The notes beneath the pieces were generated by a model that did no database searches, had not been told where the DNA came from, and worked only from the letters and a program-made list of their open reading frames with translations. Source: Tubiluchus corallicola (taxonomy: Eukaryota; Animalia; Priapulida). From it: a DNA stretch of 64,000 nt. Positions 50,533-64,000 of the stretch are shown here, in pieces. The stretch covers positions 156,331 through 220,330 of the forward strand of contig JAQGDQ010000390.1 of assembly GCA_030141605.1 (NCBI GenBank). Reading direction: 5' to 3'. Numbering within the stretch: position 1 is the first letter of the stretch; each line of letters starts with the position of its first letter. A program made the position numbers and the translations under genes.

Positions 50533-53500
50533 CTATGGCAACCTAATGTTCTTGTCTCCGGTTGGAGAGGGTAGTGGCGAAGCCGGCGAGCAAGGCCGAG
50601 ATGTGGGAAGCATGTTTTCCACTTTGGGTCTGACGTGCTCCCAGACAGCGGCAAGCTGCAAGAAAATACTTTAAAATTAACAGATGGTTAAAACATTCAC
50701 TATAAGTCAAAAATTGCCTTCCAGAGAAATAAATACATATTTAAAAATAGGAGAGATTTATTTTTTTCAGACACACAGACAAGAAATGTCTTAAAACAAT
50801 ATCATTAATTGTATCCACTTGTTGTATGTCAATCCTCATTTACTCTTTACTCCATCTTGCAAGTAACAGAATCTTACAAACCTGACAAAGGACAAATCGG
50901 CCTAACATAAAATCATGTCACACATCAACGTATTCTTGATTCTGAGACTTGAATTCGGCTAGCGATTCTTTAATTTTTTTTGCAAAAAAGATGCATAAAA
51001 AAAGGATGATGAATATGTAATAGATAGGCTCAATAGTATGTAAATAAAACTACTAATGATAAGTCAGTTATCATATGTACGTTGTATGTATGTTGTAGTA
51101 TGATAAACTATAACAATAAGTCAGTTAACATCATCACATCCATAAAAAGTGGATAAACCAAGTGAGATGTAAAATAGCTTACAGCAAGCAAAAACTTGTT
51201 AATAACTTTTGATATATTTTTAAAGGAATTAATTACGTGCTTACCTCGGAGTGGCCCCGTATTTGCACACTAACTAGAGTGTGTATCACATTTGACAATA
51301 CCTCCACGTTCGCATGAATAAGTTGTGTCTCCATGCGTATGCAGTACAGGGAGAAATAGTTACGATTCTCCATCGTGTTGATTTCTGATTCCTGCTCAAT
51401 TATCTTTGATTCCAGTTTTTCAACATCCCCAGAACCCTGAGACATGAAATAAGAGAACTAGATAAAATATGTGAATATGAAAATCCTAAACCAGGGAAAG
51501 AAACTAGCAGAACCTTCAGTCATCAATTATTTTGAATCTTATTATAAATATAAGTTTCAGCCTCTTTCTGTGGCATTTTAAGAAACAGCATTGATATTTT
51601 TTAAAATTATTTGTACATAGTGGTGAAAAGTGACTCGCATTGCACCCCTTAAGGATGTTCCCAATATTTTAGTTACAAAAAAAATATAAAACTCACACGG
51701 ACCTCTGCTCCCTTTATTGTAGTTCTATGCATTTGCTTCTTATAACTGCCCATCTTGGCTAAGGCACGTTGGTGATCGCTCATCACACCTTTTTCTAGTC
51801 TTTCATTCAGTTCCTAAAAATTGACAACACCTACTTTAACTAATTCAGTAAAATCGTGCATTAAACTTACACCGTTACAGCTGAAGTCATAGACATGGAA
51901 TATGCTATGCTAAGGAAAAATGATCAAGTGGTAATTCAAAAAACGTTAAATGGTTCTATATAAAAGTTACACAAGTTTAATATACTGGTGAGCATGAGAC
52001 AAGTCAAATAGTTACAGCAAAACTGTGTTTACTGAAAAATCATCATATATATTTGAATCAACCGAAAAGTAGATTAAGTAGATAGATACAAAGATACATT
52101 GTTCACTGAGTTACGATCACCATTTATTTTGATTTGGTCAAAAACTTACGACTATAATTTAACAAAAAGGTATTTAAGACAACTTATACGAGCACTCACA
52201 GCATTATAAGAAGAAGACAACTTTCATTAAAAATTTGTTATATAATGGCAAAAACATGTCTCCAAACGTTTCGACTGCAGTCTGCAGTCATCTTCGGTGA
52301 TAGACCACCGTTTTTTAACATTTTGTAACGAAGTTTTAACAAAAGTTGTTTTCCTCTTATAAATGTATTTAGTTTCAACAATTTCTTAAATAAGATTATT
52401 ATTTTCTAACAAGAACGTCTGAGCACTTACAATGGGAAAAAGCATATTCCACTAATTCTATTAAACAGTGCCTAGGTGCTACTTGGGAATAGACTTTTTA
52501 ACTGTACGATAATGAATTAAAGCATAAGCATAACTAAATCGAAATTAAAACAGAAATAAATCTTTCATTATTTATTTTAGACTAATTACTACTTTTAAAT
52601 ATGAAACACAACTTACCCTGTATGCGGTCAACAAATCTTTAAACAAGTTTAGTTTTTCAACAATCCCTTCCTCTTCCCGTAATGCCAACTGGTGCAGCTT
52701 CTCCTGAAGTATCGTGAACTCCTGGGGGAGACCCCTGAATGCTTTCCTCAGGTACGTCAACTTATCGACGTTTCCAGATGCCCAGGTAGACACCGGAGTA
52801 GTATCACTGCTCAAATTGCTGCAAGACAAAAGTTTAACTCTTTCAGGACCATAAGCGATTACTGCATTTTGCATGGGTTCATGAAAAACTGCTCTTACCA
52901 AGCAGCAATTGCATTATATTTGATAAGTTTTGCACATTTTTACTCCTCACACAATGGGGTTTCATGCAAAATTATATACGAAATGAGTTTGCTTAGCTTA
53001 GACAAATTGAAAGCAGATATTTGATAAAAAAACGAGAAAAGCTTAACTGCAGTGTTTCCACTATAACAATTTACAGTATCACTTGTGTGAAATTGGCTAA
53101 TGAAGAAAATTTTAATATTCCAGATACAACACTCCAATACACTTTGACCACAAATCTCCTCTATTTTAAAGGAGAAATTCTTATTAAAAGATGAAGCAAA
53201 AATAATTTGTCCTTGGCTCATTGGTTGTTTTTTCCTGGAACTCTGTACACCAGACAGTTCTCTTGGAGTATAGCAAGCAGGCGATCAATAAAATAGTGTA
53301 TACCAGGCAAAGCTACACGATAGGCTAGTTGGAGTGCCTGAAAAGGGCACTTTTCTTAATTGTATTCAATTAAATCACTTCTAAACGATTAAATGAATAG
53401 TGTGATAGAACAGCTAAGGTTCTCCCGAATGAAGCAGTATCTAATTTGTAATCATTTAGTTATGTCTGTGCTCATACAGTAGCAGAAAACTCATAGGTCT

Positions 53501-56500
53501 TATTCCTGAAGGACTCAACCGTAGTATAAACTCAGTTTTTGAATCACCATGATTATATGATCTTAAGTAATAAATTAAGCACTGTATTTTAATTAAAGTT
53601 GATGTGTTCAAAATTGTACGGAAAACACGAAACATAGAGAGTGCTGACATGATGCTTAGACTATATTTTTATCAGTAACATGTACAAACGATTCTGAAAG
53701 ATTTTGCATGCAATTCTGTGAAAGTACTGAATCTCAGAAAAAAGTAAACACTAGAACAATCTTTGTACAGTTTGGTAAGTATAAATATTGTGTTAAAGAC
53801 TGTGAAGCCCAAGGCTAGATAGTTTTGGAAGCCAGATTTGAGGGCTTCGTGAGTTATGAGGCAAAATTTCAGTTAGCTATTTGGCCTGGTTTCATGCTTG
53901 AGCAATCAACAGTCAAATTTAGGACGACTCTGAAAATTTGTGAATCAATCAGGATTCGAACCCAGTACCTTGTGGTTTTAGCCCCTGCACCATTTGAGTT
54001 GTCAACCCACATGGCCACAGCAGGTCTGAGTTCTCATACTAGTCAGTAGAAGATAGTTTACTGGCAGACATTGCTTTAAGATTTCTGATAGTTTGCAAGT
54101 GATAGAAGGTCTCGTCACTATAGCTTAAACGTACGTGAAGGTTTCACTGAGAATAGAAAACGTGACGAAAAAGAGCTGACAACCCAAATAGCGTAATGGC
54201 CTGAAACCACAAAGTACTTGGTTCGAAACCTTATTAAATCGCAATTTTTCAGAGTTGCCCTTTTTGCAAAAAGTCGTAAGCCTCACAGTCGAGAATGTTG
54301 TAATAGCAAAGGAGAATTTTATTTACTTATTTTGACAAATCCATTCTTGTTCTCTACAAGTGCAAAAAAACTAAACATTCCTATCGCAATAAATACAAAC
54401 TTTTCTTATGTTTTGCAAGTTTATTCCTTGTTAGAATGCTTAAATTTATATTCCTTTCAAAGAAAACTAAAAACTCATCATTTTAACCGGTATTTTAATG
54501 TGTAAGTGGTGAATGTTTTGCAGATTCTTGTGATTCATAGATACGTCTAATTGTATTATAGTTTTTTAGTATTTTATCTAAATGTTTTTAATTGTACAAC
54601 ACCTCTAAAAAAATTTTTTATGCAAAGAACGCTTTGTAAATAAATACATTATTTATTATACATTATTATATACATTATTATTATTATTATTACTAATATT
54701 ACATTAATGCTCATAAAATAGAATCCCCATCAAAAGTCAAATTTTAACTTTGTTCTACTTTAGAAACTTACATTTCTTAACAATAATCTAATTTCAAAGT
54801 ACCAATAAAAGGAGTTGTGCTGCTTTACCTTATTTCCTTGCCTAGCTGCATGATGTCGTGAGCTTGTCGAGCTGACCGTTCCGCCATGCGCTGGGCTATA
54901 TCACGCATGCGACTGACCGCTTGCGTCAGCAGCCGAATTTGCTCCTTTGCATTGCTAAACTGAATCTGAGTATCTGTCGGCACCAGCTCCTGAAAAGTGA
55001 ATGAGAAAATAGAGTAGAGGTCTGTATGTAAAGCTACATTATGCTCTGCTGTTGTGTTTGATAAAAATTTTAAAACAAGTGATATCATTACTAGAAATAC
55101 AAATCATAAAATCAATTAAAAAAATATGGCTGCTCAACTTTTGTACTTCTGCTTAAGTGCACAGCTATTGCACAGTTCAAAGTGTGTATTAAGCAGGCCA
55201 CAAAAAATTGTTTCTGTCTTACCTTATGAGCTCAAAAGATCTCAGTGGAAAGAAATTTTTCTGAATTTTTTAAAGCTTTGTGAAATTTTAAAGCTGAATC
55301 GTAGAATAATTAAAATTACTTGAAATCAAAGTTTAATTCCCACTGTTTAGCAAAAATGTTTCTCAATACACATTTTTTCATGCTTTGCTTTTTTAGTTTT
55401 TTGTTTTGCATTATTAAATTATCGTATAGTCTCTCTTTTATAGACTGACTTATGTTCAGATAATTATGATATCAATGGCAAGACTAATCAGCTGTAAATA
55501 CGCTAATTTGACGGAAATGCAAAATACGATACTTTTTAGTCTCCAATACGATACTAGTATTGGCTGCACTTGCAAAATAAGAAATACTACAACAAAATTC
55601 ACAATATGATTTTGATTTAAGACGAAATTACGGACTTCTAAATCTTTCTAAAAGCAAAAATCAACAAAAAACAGCACTGTTTTAAAACAGTCAGAGACTG
55701 ATCTTTTTAGATACATTTTAAACATAATTTAAAAACAATTTAAACTGGAAGAATGGAAGATCATGATGACATAAAAAAACACTGGTTGAACTTTCTCACT
55801 TTAGCTTGTCCTGCAAGATGCGATGTTATGAACTCATCTGGAATGTTTCTGTATTGTTCCTTGATCTTATATTGCAAATCCTAGACAGAAAAAACAAATT
55901 AGAAACCATGTTGAACTAAAAAGAGGTTCTGCTATTCCAATAATTATATGATTTAGACATGGTCATCTTACAGAATTTTTTTCATTCTTTCACAGCTAAA
56001 ATGGATATTTTGTTTACTTACTGAACCAGTGAACGTAAGAAAGAATTTGGTCAGCGTATCGTGACAAAGAATCGGATGCCGAATAATCAACACAAGAAAT
56101 CGCTTCAGCCCACGGCGGCGATTCTCCAAAAACTCGTGGTCAGCTACAACAACAAGGATGTGATACTTTAACAACACACACATTTGATCCCAGACTGCAT
56201 AGCTGAGATAGATTATTAATTATTACAACTTACAAATGGTAAATTTAATAAGATAGCTTGGCAAAAAATGCAGCAAGATATACACTTCTGCACATACATT
56301 ATATCGCTGCTAACCAATTTTAGACTGATATACACGGATGGTCAAATGTTGACCTATATGACCAGTTGTGTGAATTGGCTCAAAAAGAATTCGTAGGCAA
56401 AGTCAGTTGATGCAGTAGTAGTATAGCGGTGGTCAATGCTAATTCGCGTGCAAGCCCTTCATTGTTTTCAACAAACACTTACAATTCATAACTTTCTTTG

Positions 56501-59500
56501 GTGGCAGTCTGGGCACCATTCTGTATGGAAATCGCAGCAGGATCAATTCATGAAATGCTACAAAATCGTTATAGCGGCGTAGAACTCTTGAGCGGTGTTC
56601 CTAGAAGCAAAATAAAAAGCATGCAACTGCAAAAAACATGCAAACAAAAAACAACTTTATAAAAACGTTTAGGACAAAAAAAATCCAATCCAATCACGAA
56701 AAAGTCATTAAAAAAGCTACAATATATGCACCTTTTTGAGTCATTCTAACTCAAAAAACATTTTAATTAAATAATAAGCTTCTTTTTTTATGAACTACCA
56801 AAATTCTAGTGAACTGTAACTAGTTTCAGAACTTTTGAGAGACCATTACCTCACTCTTGACTTCGTATTCCACGTGTTTGAAGACCAGGCCTTTTTTCTC
56901 TGGTGCAAGTTCTACAGTGACCGCGTCCAGCTCACACAGCTCCTGGTACGTGTAGCCCAGCTGACATGGATTCTTCTCTCTACACACTTGCACCCTCAAA
57001 GCCTTGAGCTCATTAATATCGCCCAGTGAAGGAATAGGTAAATCTGAAAATTTAATGAATTATGATTTAGGAATCATGGCTACAGGAAATATAAAGATTG
57101 TACGAAAGAAGAACAACAACACAAACAAATGTTGTAACTTTATAAGCTCAGGCGTCAAATGCTTTATAAGTTCTAACTGTATATCAAAGAACTGTAAAGA
57201 ACAAAATTAAATTCATAGTGAATCTGTATAATCAGCCACAGACTTTAATGAATTGTGAATGCGTTCAGCAGCACTTCATAGGTTTCCATATCATCAGGCT
57301 TGATTACCTTATGAGCTAGTATAGGCTGCAGCCCAGTGGCCCTCAAGCTCAGAGGCCCATACTTCGCATTGTTGAATCATTTATGTAACTTAAAATAAAA
57401 TTTCAACTTCAAAAAAAAAGAGGCCAGGAAGTCTGAAAATCCAATTTTAAAGAGATTTATCATTTGAGAGCAAATAAAAAATATTCGAGACAAGTGCGAG
57501 CAAATTAGAGGGTGACCCCGTCTGAAAGGGCTCCATAATTTCATTACTTTAGGGGCCCCCAAAAGGTCATAATCCAGCCCTGCATATCATAATAATATTG
57601 CAACTCTAACAAAGGCTTCAAATGTTATTCTTTGCTTTTTCATCCCAAAAATCAATAAAGTTTATGTAAAGTTTATGGCAAGTAAGAAATATACAAGGCC
57701 CAAATGATGATTCGCAGTGTGCAAGCATTACAAAGTGTTTAACATAACCAAGTACTAAATACGAAAGGCTACCAATACATTTATGACCTACAAGGGTTGA
57801 AAGGTTAGTTTTTTTGCAAAGAAAATGCAACATAAAATGTTAATGCATATAAAAAGTAGCAAAAAATGATAAATGCAAACAAAAAGCAGAAAATAATGAT
57901 AAATTTATGCCATTTACCAGGGCTGGAAAAATCCTGCAGACTGATGGACCATAGTCCATGGGTCACTTCTTCTGGCAGAGAGACACAAACTTTTTACTCA
58001 GAAATTTTAATAGAAAAAACTTGAAAAAGTTTAGATGCACTTTCCCAAATCAGCTGGCAACTAACGATATTATTAATTAATTAAGACTGTGTAGGATACA
58101 CAATCGCAGTCATAATTATTAAAGTTTAAATGTTTTGTTTTCTTTATTGATAAAAACGAAAAAACTGTTTCATTGTAATATCAATCAGAGTTATTAATGT
58201 TTGAGGTAACATTGACTAAGCACACCTGCGTATGCTGAAATTTGTTCCTACATACTGTATCGTACTAAAAAAACTAGGCAGCAGCAGAACATTCCAGACC
58301 TGTGTAACTGTGTGTGTATAATTTATGTAGTAACTGTTATTGTGGCAACCCCGTGCTGCTAGGAAGATATTGACTTTTGCACAGTTGACATAACAGCTAG
58401 TCTTCCAAGCCTTACCAATCAACGGTAGTAAAATTTCATTACATAATACTTCAGATAATAACATTATAGTGTTATGTTACTAATTCACTGATTTGTGGTT
58501 GTCATCAAATTATACTATTGTGCTTACTGTAGCAACTGGCTTTGCCACCTAGTCACCAACCAGTACAAGTCATGTGCTAATATGTTAAAAACTTTACATT
58601 TTAATTAAGTTATGATACCAAAAAATACTTCCTTCAGTAGTTCAGCAACATCAGACGTAAGAAGAGCCTAGATGGCTGAGATATTTTGCAAAATGATTGC
58701 TTTAAGCTGTGTGATAGAAACAGGGAGCTAAATAAAAACAAGAGCTCCTTCCTAAATACAGTTCTAAGAAATTTTGTGAACAGTACCTGGCAAAAGGTAA
58801 AATTATCTTGCTAAGCATTGCAGTTTTAAATCACTTAACTCCACATGTGCTTGGTGTGTGCATAGACTACTAATAATTAATGCCATGAGAGAGTGTCTAA
58901 CAATAAGTGAAACAATATTTAAAGAGCAACTGTATTGCCAATGGAAATCGGTGTAAACAGGGGAAACTCTAATAAAATTGATATTTTAGAAGTTCAGTTT
59001 TTCAAATCTTTGTGGGGCTCTGTGGGTGTTTGCTGTGCCCCTCTTCCACCCGTGCAACTACCTCAATCCTAGAGGCTTCTGTAATTGTCTTTGGGCTGCA
59101 TCCATCACCAGGATGCCAACTTTTAGTCATTGGGCCATTTGTAAGATTTTCTGCCTCCACCATTTACCTTGTGTGCCTGAGAATGACTCCAGTAATTTAT
59201 CGCTGACGGCTTTTCCTTGTTGAGCAAGAGCAGTAAGTGCCAAGGCTTTGTATAAACCATTGCGTGACAAATAACCTTGTTTCTTGTCTATGTTGTCCCA
59301 TATCTGAAAGAATAAGAACGTAATATTAAAAAACACAAGAAAACCACTCAAGTGATATAAAATGTCTTGAAATTTTGAATCATTTACTTACTGTCTTCTT
59401 GCACACAGGTGTTTTGCTAGCAGTAATGCTGCACACAACTTGAATATTGAAACTCCCGCAATGATTGAAAGTTAGGCACAGCCATTTTGACAATAAGTCA

Positions 59501-62500
59501 TTTGAAACAAGTTTAGATAACTCTGCGTAACATTTGAAAAATAATCAGGGCATTCATAACACACATTTCACTAACTAAGCTAAGCTTTAAATCACTATAT
59601 CTTGTTAATAAAATTAGAAATATGTTTTTTTGGTGAACGAGCGGTGCTGACTGATGAGTAAAAGACATTTTACCAATTGGAGAGCACATCTTAAATTATT
59701 AAGGGTTTTCTTTTCTAACTACAAAAGTCTTTCAAGCAATTAAGTGAAATGCCAAGTAATATAACTTTCCTTAGTACATAAATATACATTCCAGTAACTT
59801 AAACATACCAAGTGAGTCAGAACTGGTAACAATTAAAAATTCACAGCAGCCCAGTACCTAAGTTATATGGCTATCCACCTATGTAACTTAACTGAACAAA
59901 TGTTAACAACAAAAAATTTACAGCCAAGTAAAAAAGCTACGTGGCTGTCCACCAAAATAAAGACCCTATCCATTCAATTGTTGCAAAAAATACATTACCT
60001 GCTCCAGGATCTGTTTTGGCAAATCTGATCTTAACAGCATCCGCACAAAGATATCTCTGTCAATTTGATTTTCTTGATTTGGGCATAGAATTTCGTAAAC
60101 CTCCCGGTAATAGGGAGGAACAGAACCTGGAAAAATAAATAACCCTGAAATTAAGTGAATCATCCCACAATTTCTATTAGTCTTTAGACAACTTAGTATT
60201 TGTGATAATAGTGAAGTTGGTAGGTGCTTGGGTGTCAACTTCTCCACTATATTGTATGACGTATCAATATTTTGCATAGGGGAAAAAGAGAATATATTTT
60301 GCTAAATGGAAAGCAGATATTATGGATGTAAACAGGCAAAATGAAAAAAATAAGAACTTACTGTAAGTTTAAGAATGATTACTCAACAGAAAAATATTTA
60401 TTATACAAATCTGTATCCAGAGAAGCAAAAATTGTATATACTAAATTGCATATAACCTATTCATCCAAAAGTGTGAATATACTGTAATAATTTATATATT
60501 GAAAATGAAGAACGTTTCATATTATTTTGTGAAAAGTATGACATCCATCATAAATGTTTATTTTACCAAATTTCAAGACTACTGCCAAATTTCCCACACA
60601 TAAACAATGAAAAAATTTAAATTTATCTTAGAAAATGATGATATGGAAGCATTAGATTTAATTTGTAACTTTGTCAAAGATCATTTTAAAATCAGGGCAA
60701 ACGGAGCCAAACAGTATTATATTGTCCACACTTCTGATTATTGTTATGCTTGTTATGTTATTCTAACATTTAACTGTTATGTATGTCAAATGGGTATACG
60801 CTCATATCTTGGTTTGCCAGACAAAAGCGGGGAAATGTCGGTACGATTTTGCCGATTGTACGAATTTTCCGATAATAAACTAAGACAGTTGGTGCTGTAT
60901 ATTAGATTCATGGTAATGTACAATCAATCACCTAATTGTCTCAGAAACGTCTAGTATGGCCTGCTCCTATGCAAGAGTATGTAAAAACTGTCGGTAACTG
61001 ACTCAAATAACTCTGCATAATTGTCTCTATGTTTTTATACACATAGAGATATACACGTGGTTACACTGATGTGCACACGTGATGTAAACAAAGTGACGGC
61101 CCGCCAGCTACCAGTCAGCTCGTGAAAAGCAGACTGCGTCCATATTATGTGGGACTTTTAACGGACCAGATTTTGTCCAAATTCTCTGATGTCCGTAAAA
61201 ACCTGGTTCGGCAAACCGAGATATGACCGTATTATACATCAAATTATGATGTTGAAATTCATGTAACCTGTTTTATTGTCATTAATGTTTTGCAAACTGT
61301 GTAAGAAATGTAATGCATTTGTTAATGCTAACTGTTAACCCATTAAATTAAATTATAGGTCTTATATATGCATACTTTTGCACTGTAATAAATGCTGATC
61401 TATTTCACAGCTGCAAGACTTTTTCAGTAATTTTATTGTTACTTAGTTTCCAAATGACATGAATAATATTTAAAGGCTATATTTATGAATTATAATCTGT
61501 TTAATTCATCAGTTTCCTAAACACTTTAGCTTAACATTTCTAATTTCAATATCACTTAACTGCCTAAAGCCCTATTTTGTAATTTGTAATTTATTGTCTA
61601 CTTCAGCATAATCACATTGTAACTATATATCAAATCAATCACATGTATTACATTTCAAATCAATGTAATTACAATAATTATAAAAGAACTATATTAATAT
61701 AGTTACTAATTACATAATAGTTTATCAAAAGGAAAATGTGCTGCATGGTGGTCAAGAAGCAAAGCTTGTAAGACCACCATGAAAAGAGGAGAAAAAACTG
61801 CTTAACGAGAGAAAAAATAGAAAAACAGAATAGTTAAAATAAAATAATAGACAAAGATAGAAAAAAAGAGAAGAGAAATGAAATAGAAAGGAGTTCAGCA
61901 GAAACGTGATGCAAACGATGAAAATATAAGCTGTAATGTAACCAGTCGCGGGAAGCACTGTAACTATCGCACCTCATGGCAAAACCCAAAAAATGCATTA
62001 TAAGCAAGATTTGAGCAGAAGAGATTTCATATATCTCTTAAAGCCATATAATTTTCGATGTGTTGTGACATAAATTGATATTTTATTCCATAGATTTGGG
62101 GTGGTAAATTTTAGAGTGTCTGGCAACATTGGTCCTGCAAAATGGAATATAATATTCATTAAATCTAGTGAAGTGATGTTGGTGATTACGTACAAGAGGA
62201 TTTATGAAACGCTGGGGTAATAAACTGTGGTGTGTTTTGTATAGATAGATAGCAAGGTGGTAAGAAACTAAGTCGCCTAATTTAAACTTTCACAGTTATA
62301 AAAAAGTATAGGTTCAATTGGAACATAAAGGTTCTACATTCTAACAAGAAACTTAGCCTAACAGTTCTGAGCAACAGCGACAGACTGGTATAGTGACCTG
62401 TACCAGAACCGGCACAGGTACAACTGTTCTTGTCAATACCAGAACAGAGTACCAAACCAAACTTTAAAACCCTATACTGAAATAAACTCGCAAATAATGT

Positions 62501-63158
62501 ACACCGGTTCGTATAATTTGTTTTGGGCTTTAAATTCTGACAGAAATGCAGGCGTGCTAACTCACAAGCTTGAGTTCTTACCCGACTGACACATAAACTG
62601 TCCCTTTTCGCAACTGAAAATATGTAATTAATTGTGGAAAGCTGATAAAGTTGTAGAAATCAATATTTCATCACGTTGTTCAAGCAGTTGCACGTTTCCA
62701 CACTGATGGTCTGGTACTCATAGATGCTGCACGTACATTTACACAATCCAATACCCGTTACTATACAGACTTACAGTTACAGTGTCTTGGAAAAACAACT
62801 GCACAATGGAAGAGCATGTGAATTTTGACATTTAGCAAAGTACCAGCGGTATTGCTACTGGATTGTAAAATACTGGGTACATACCAGATGCCGTACACCG
62901 GTCGCCAGTTTAAAACCGTGCGGGACCATCACTACCGATTAACCGAGTTCTACTGACACAGTTTTATCAACTTTTATTACGAATGATGTACACATTCTTG
63001 ATTTAAATTTACATTCACTATTCCTTTAATATACGTTTGCCTCTATTTACTAAATAAATCTCAAGATCACGATGCGTAATTTCAAAAAAGTAAATTTATT
63101 AGAGACAAAATTAAAAAATGCACTTTTCTTACTCACCGAAAGCCAAATCAGACGCCAT
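50533..63158 (-). CDS. SNX8: Sorting nexin-8 (EH-like N-terminus, PX, BAR), ~529 aa. Exons 63158-63137, 60126-59999, 59303-59168, 57043-56850, 56600-56483, 56143-56022, 55880-55800, 54989-54829, 52818-52617, 51813-51703, 51436-51245, 50655-50533
   Basis: The exons sum to 1590 nt in frame. PX: PEKKGLVFKHVEYEV, VLRRYNDF..FHEL...FPYRMVPRLPPKK, FLENRRRGLKRFL....RHP. BAR: VEKLNLFKDLL.AYREL.ER.EKGV..DHQRAL and MENRNYFSLYCIRMETQLIHA. Confidence 0.95.
52258..52305 (-). ncRNA. Minimal type I hammerhead-like motif (U4C variant, Penelope-like), sense to the SNX8 pre-mRNA
   Basis: Minus strand reads GUCUAUCA-CCGAAGA-U-GACUGCAGACUGCAGUC-GAAAC-GUU-UGGAGAC: palindromic stem II, palindromic AAACGUUU at stem III, and stem I GUCUAUCA/UGGAGAC. 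Flanked by inverted repeats at 52205-52241 and 52326-52362. Confidence 0.55.
53880..54022 (-). mobile_element. tRNA-derived SINE head
   Basis: Minus strand has an A-box-like TGGCCATGTGG and a B-box GGGTTCGAATCC; no cloverleaf. A related copy lies at 54185-54262. Confidence 0.6.
54185..54262 (+). mobile_element. tRNA-derived SINE head, second (divergently oriented) copy
   Basis: TAGCGTAATGG...AAACCACAAAGTACTTGGTTCGAAACC...TTTTCAGAGT matches the adjacent minus-strand copy. Confidence 0.55.
57295..57582. mobile_element. Non-autonomous hAT-type MITE (same family as 9432-9753)
   Basis: CAGGCTTGATTA...TAATCCAGCCCTG with a perfect 8-bp TSD CATATCAT (57287-57294 and 57583-57590). Confidence 0.8.
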
Positions 63159-64000
63159 GATGAAACACCTCTAAACCTCTCATCAATGAAAGGAAAAATA
63201 ACACAAATTTTTTAATTATTTCCAAATAACAAAATTTTATAACAAAATTCCGTAACAAATAACATTTAACTATGTGTGGAAAAATGTTGAAATTATAGGT
63301 AAAAAACATTTTATTTTAATTTTCGTGTTAACGTTCACTATGCCATTGAGGCAATGTTTATAACAATCATGGAGGTAGTGTTTTGAATGTTTAAAAATTT
63401 ATTACTTCACAATTGTTTGAGTTTTACTGTGTCATCCTGTTTTTTCTTTAATTCGTTTATGTTCCAGCGAAATTCCAAGTGATGTAGAATGAAATACGTT
63501 TGCTTCTTTCTTTCAAACGAAATTTCAAGTGATGTAGACTGAAATATGTTTGTTTACTTCTTTACTTGGTCGTATGCTTATCAACAACTTGGCGTTTGTG
63601 AAATGCAAAAAGCAGCTTCACCAGCTTGGGCTCTCTAACGCTCGTTTAACTACCATTGAATGGTGTGCTGATGCTAGCCTGTCGTTAGTAATGAGCGCGC
63701 CACTCATCTCACTTTTAATTTTGCTGTTGTTCTGTGAAGCTAGTACCTCATTAAAGTAACTAAAATAATTTATTTGTCTCTAAATTTTTACAAGATAAAG
63801 AAAACATCATTACTTTGGACGTGAGAGATGATTTCATGAACTAAAGCTTAAAACAAGAGATTTTGCCAGGAGTCCCTGGGATGACTCCTACTGATATTTG
63901 CAGTGACTCGGCTGATTGATTTGTTTCTGTTCACATTCTCATGCGAATTTACTCTTCATTTTCACCACCATCTCATTCACTTTCTTTTCATTGTCATTTC

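Noticed and set aside
53940-54020. tRNA gene
   Set aside because: B-box present, but no acceptor stem or cloverleaf; interpreted as a SINE head.
57280-57300. CUGAUGA..GAAA on the minus strand
   Set aside because: No stem II; created by the junction of the MITE and its TSD.
62390-62933. TAGTGA...CATCACTA-bounded DNA transposon
   Set aside because: The termini match only weakly and no TSD was found, so boundaries cannot be supported.

Overview
AT-rich, intron-containing genomic DNA from an invertebrate animal; the exact taxon cannot be read from the sequence. Manual splicing gives five genes with consistent intron phases. (1) The 5' part of an uncharacterised signal-peptide protein (minus strand, runs off the left edge), head-to-head with (2) a 13-exon, ~550-aa adhesion-type (class B2-like) GPCR, SP-EGF-TSP1-TSP1-EGF-short stalk-7TM, with no GAIN/GPS domain. 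(3) Convergent with it, an ionotropic glutamate receptor-family subunit with intact glutamate-binding residues, Trp at the Q/R/N site, a rewritten gate (AYMAGLTAS instead of SYTANLAAF) and apparently no amino-terminal domain. (4) SDAD1. (5) SNX8 with an N-terminal EH-like domain. Between the iGluR and SDAD1 lie a possible CARD-like pseudogene and a possible small prepropeptide-like gene. Non-coding features include two intronic loci with minimal, Penelope-type hammerhead ribozyme motifs in inverted-repeat contexts, two degenerate LINEs, hAT and PIF/Harbinger MITEs with intact TSDs, tRNA-derived SINE heads, and many mini- and microsatellites. All exon models come from reading splice sites by eye, with no RNA or database support.
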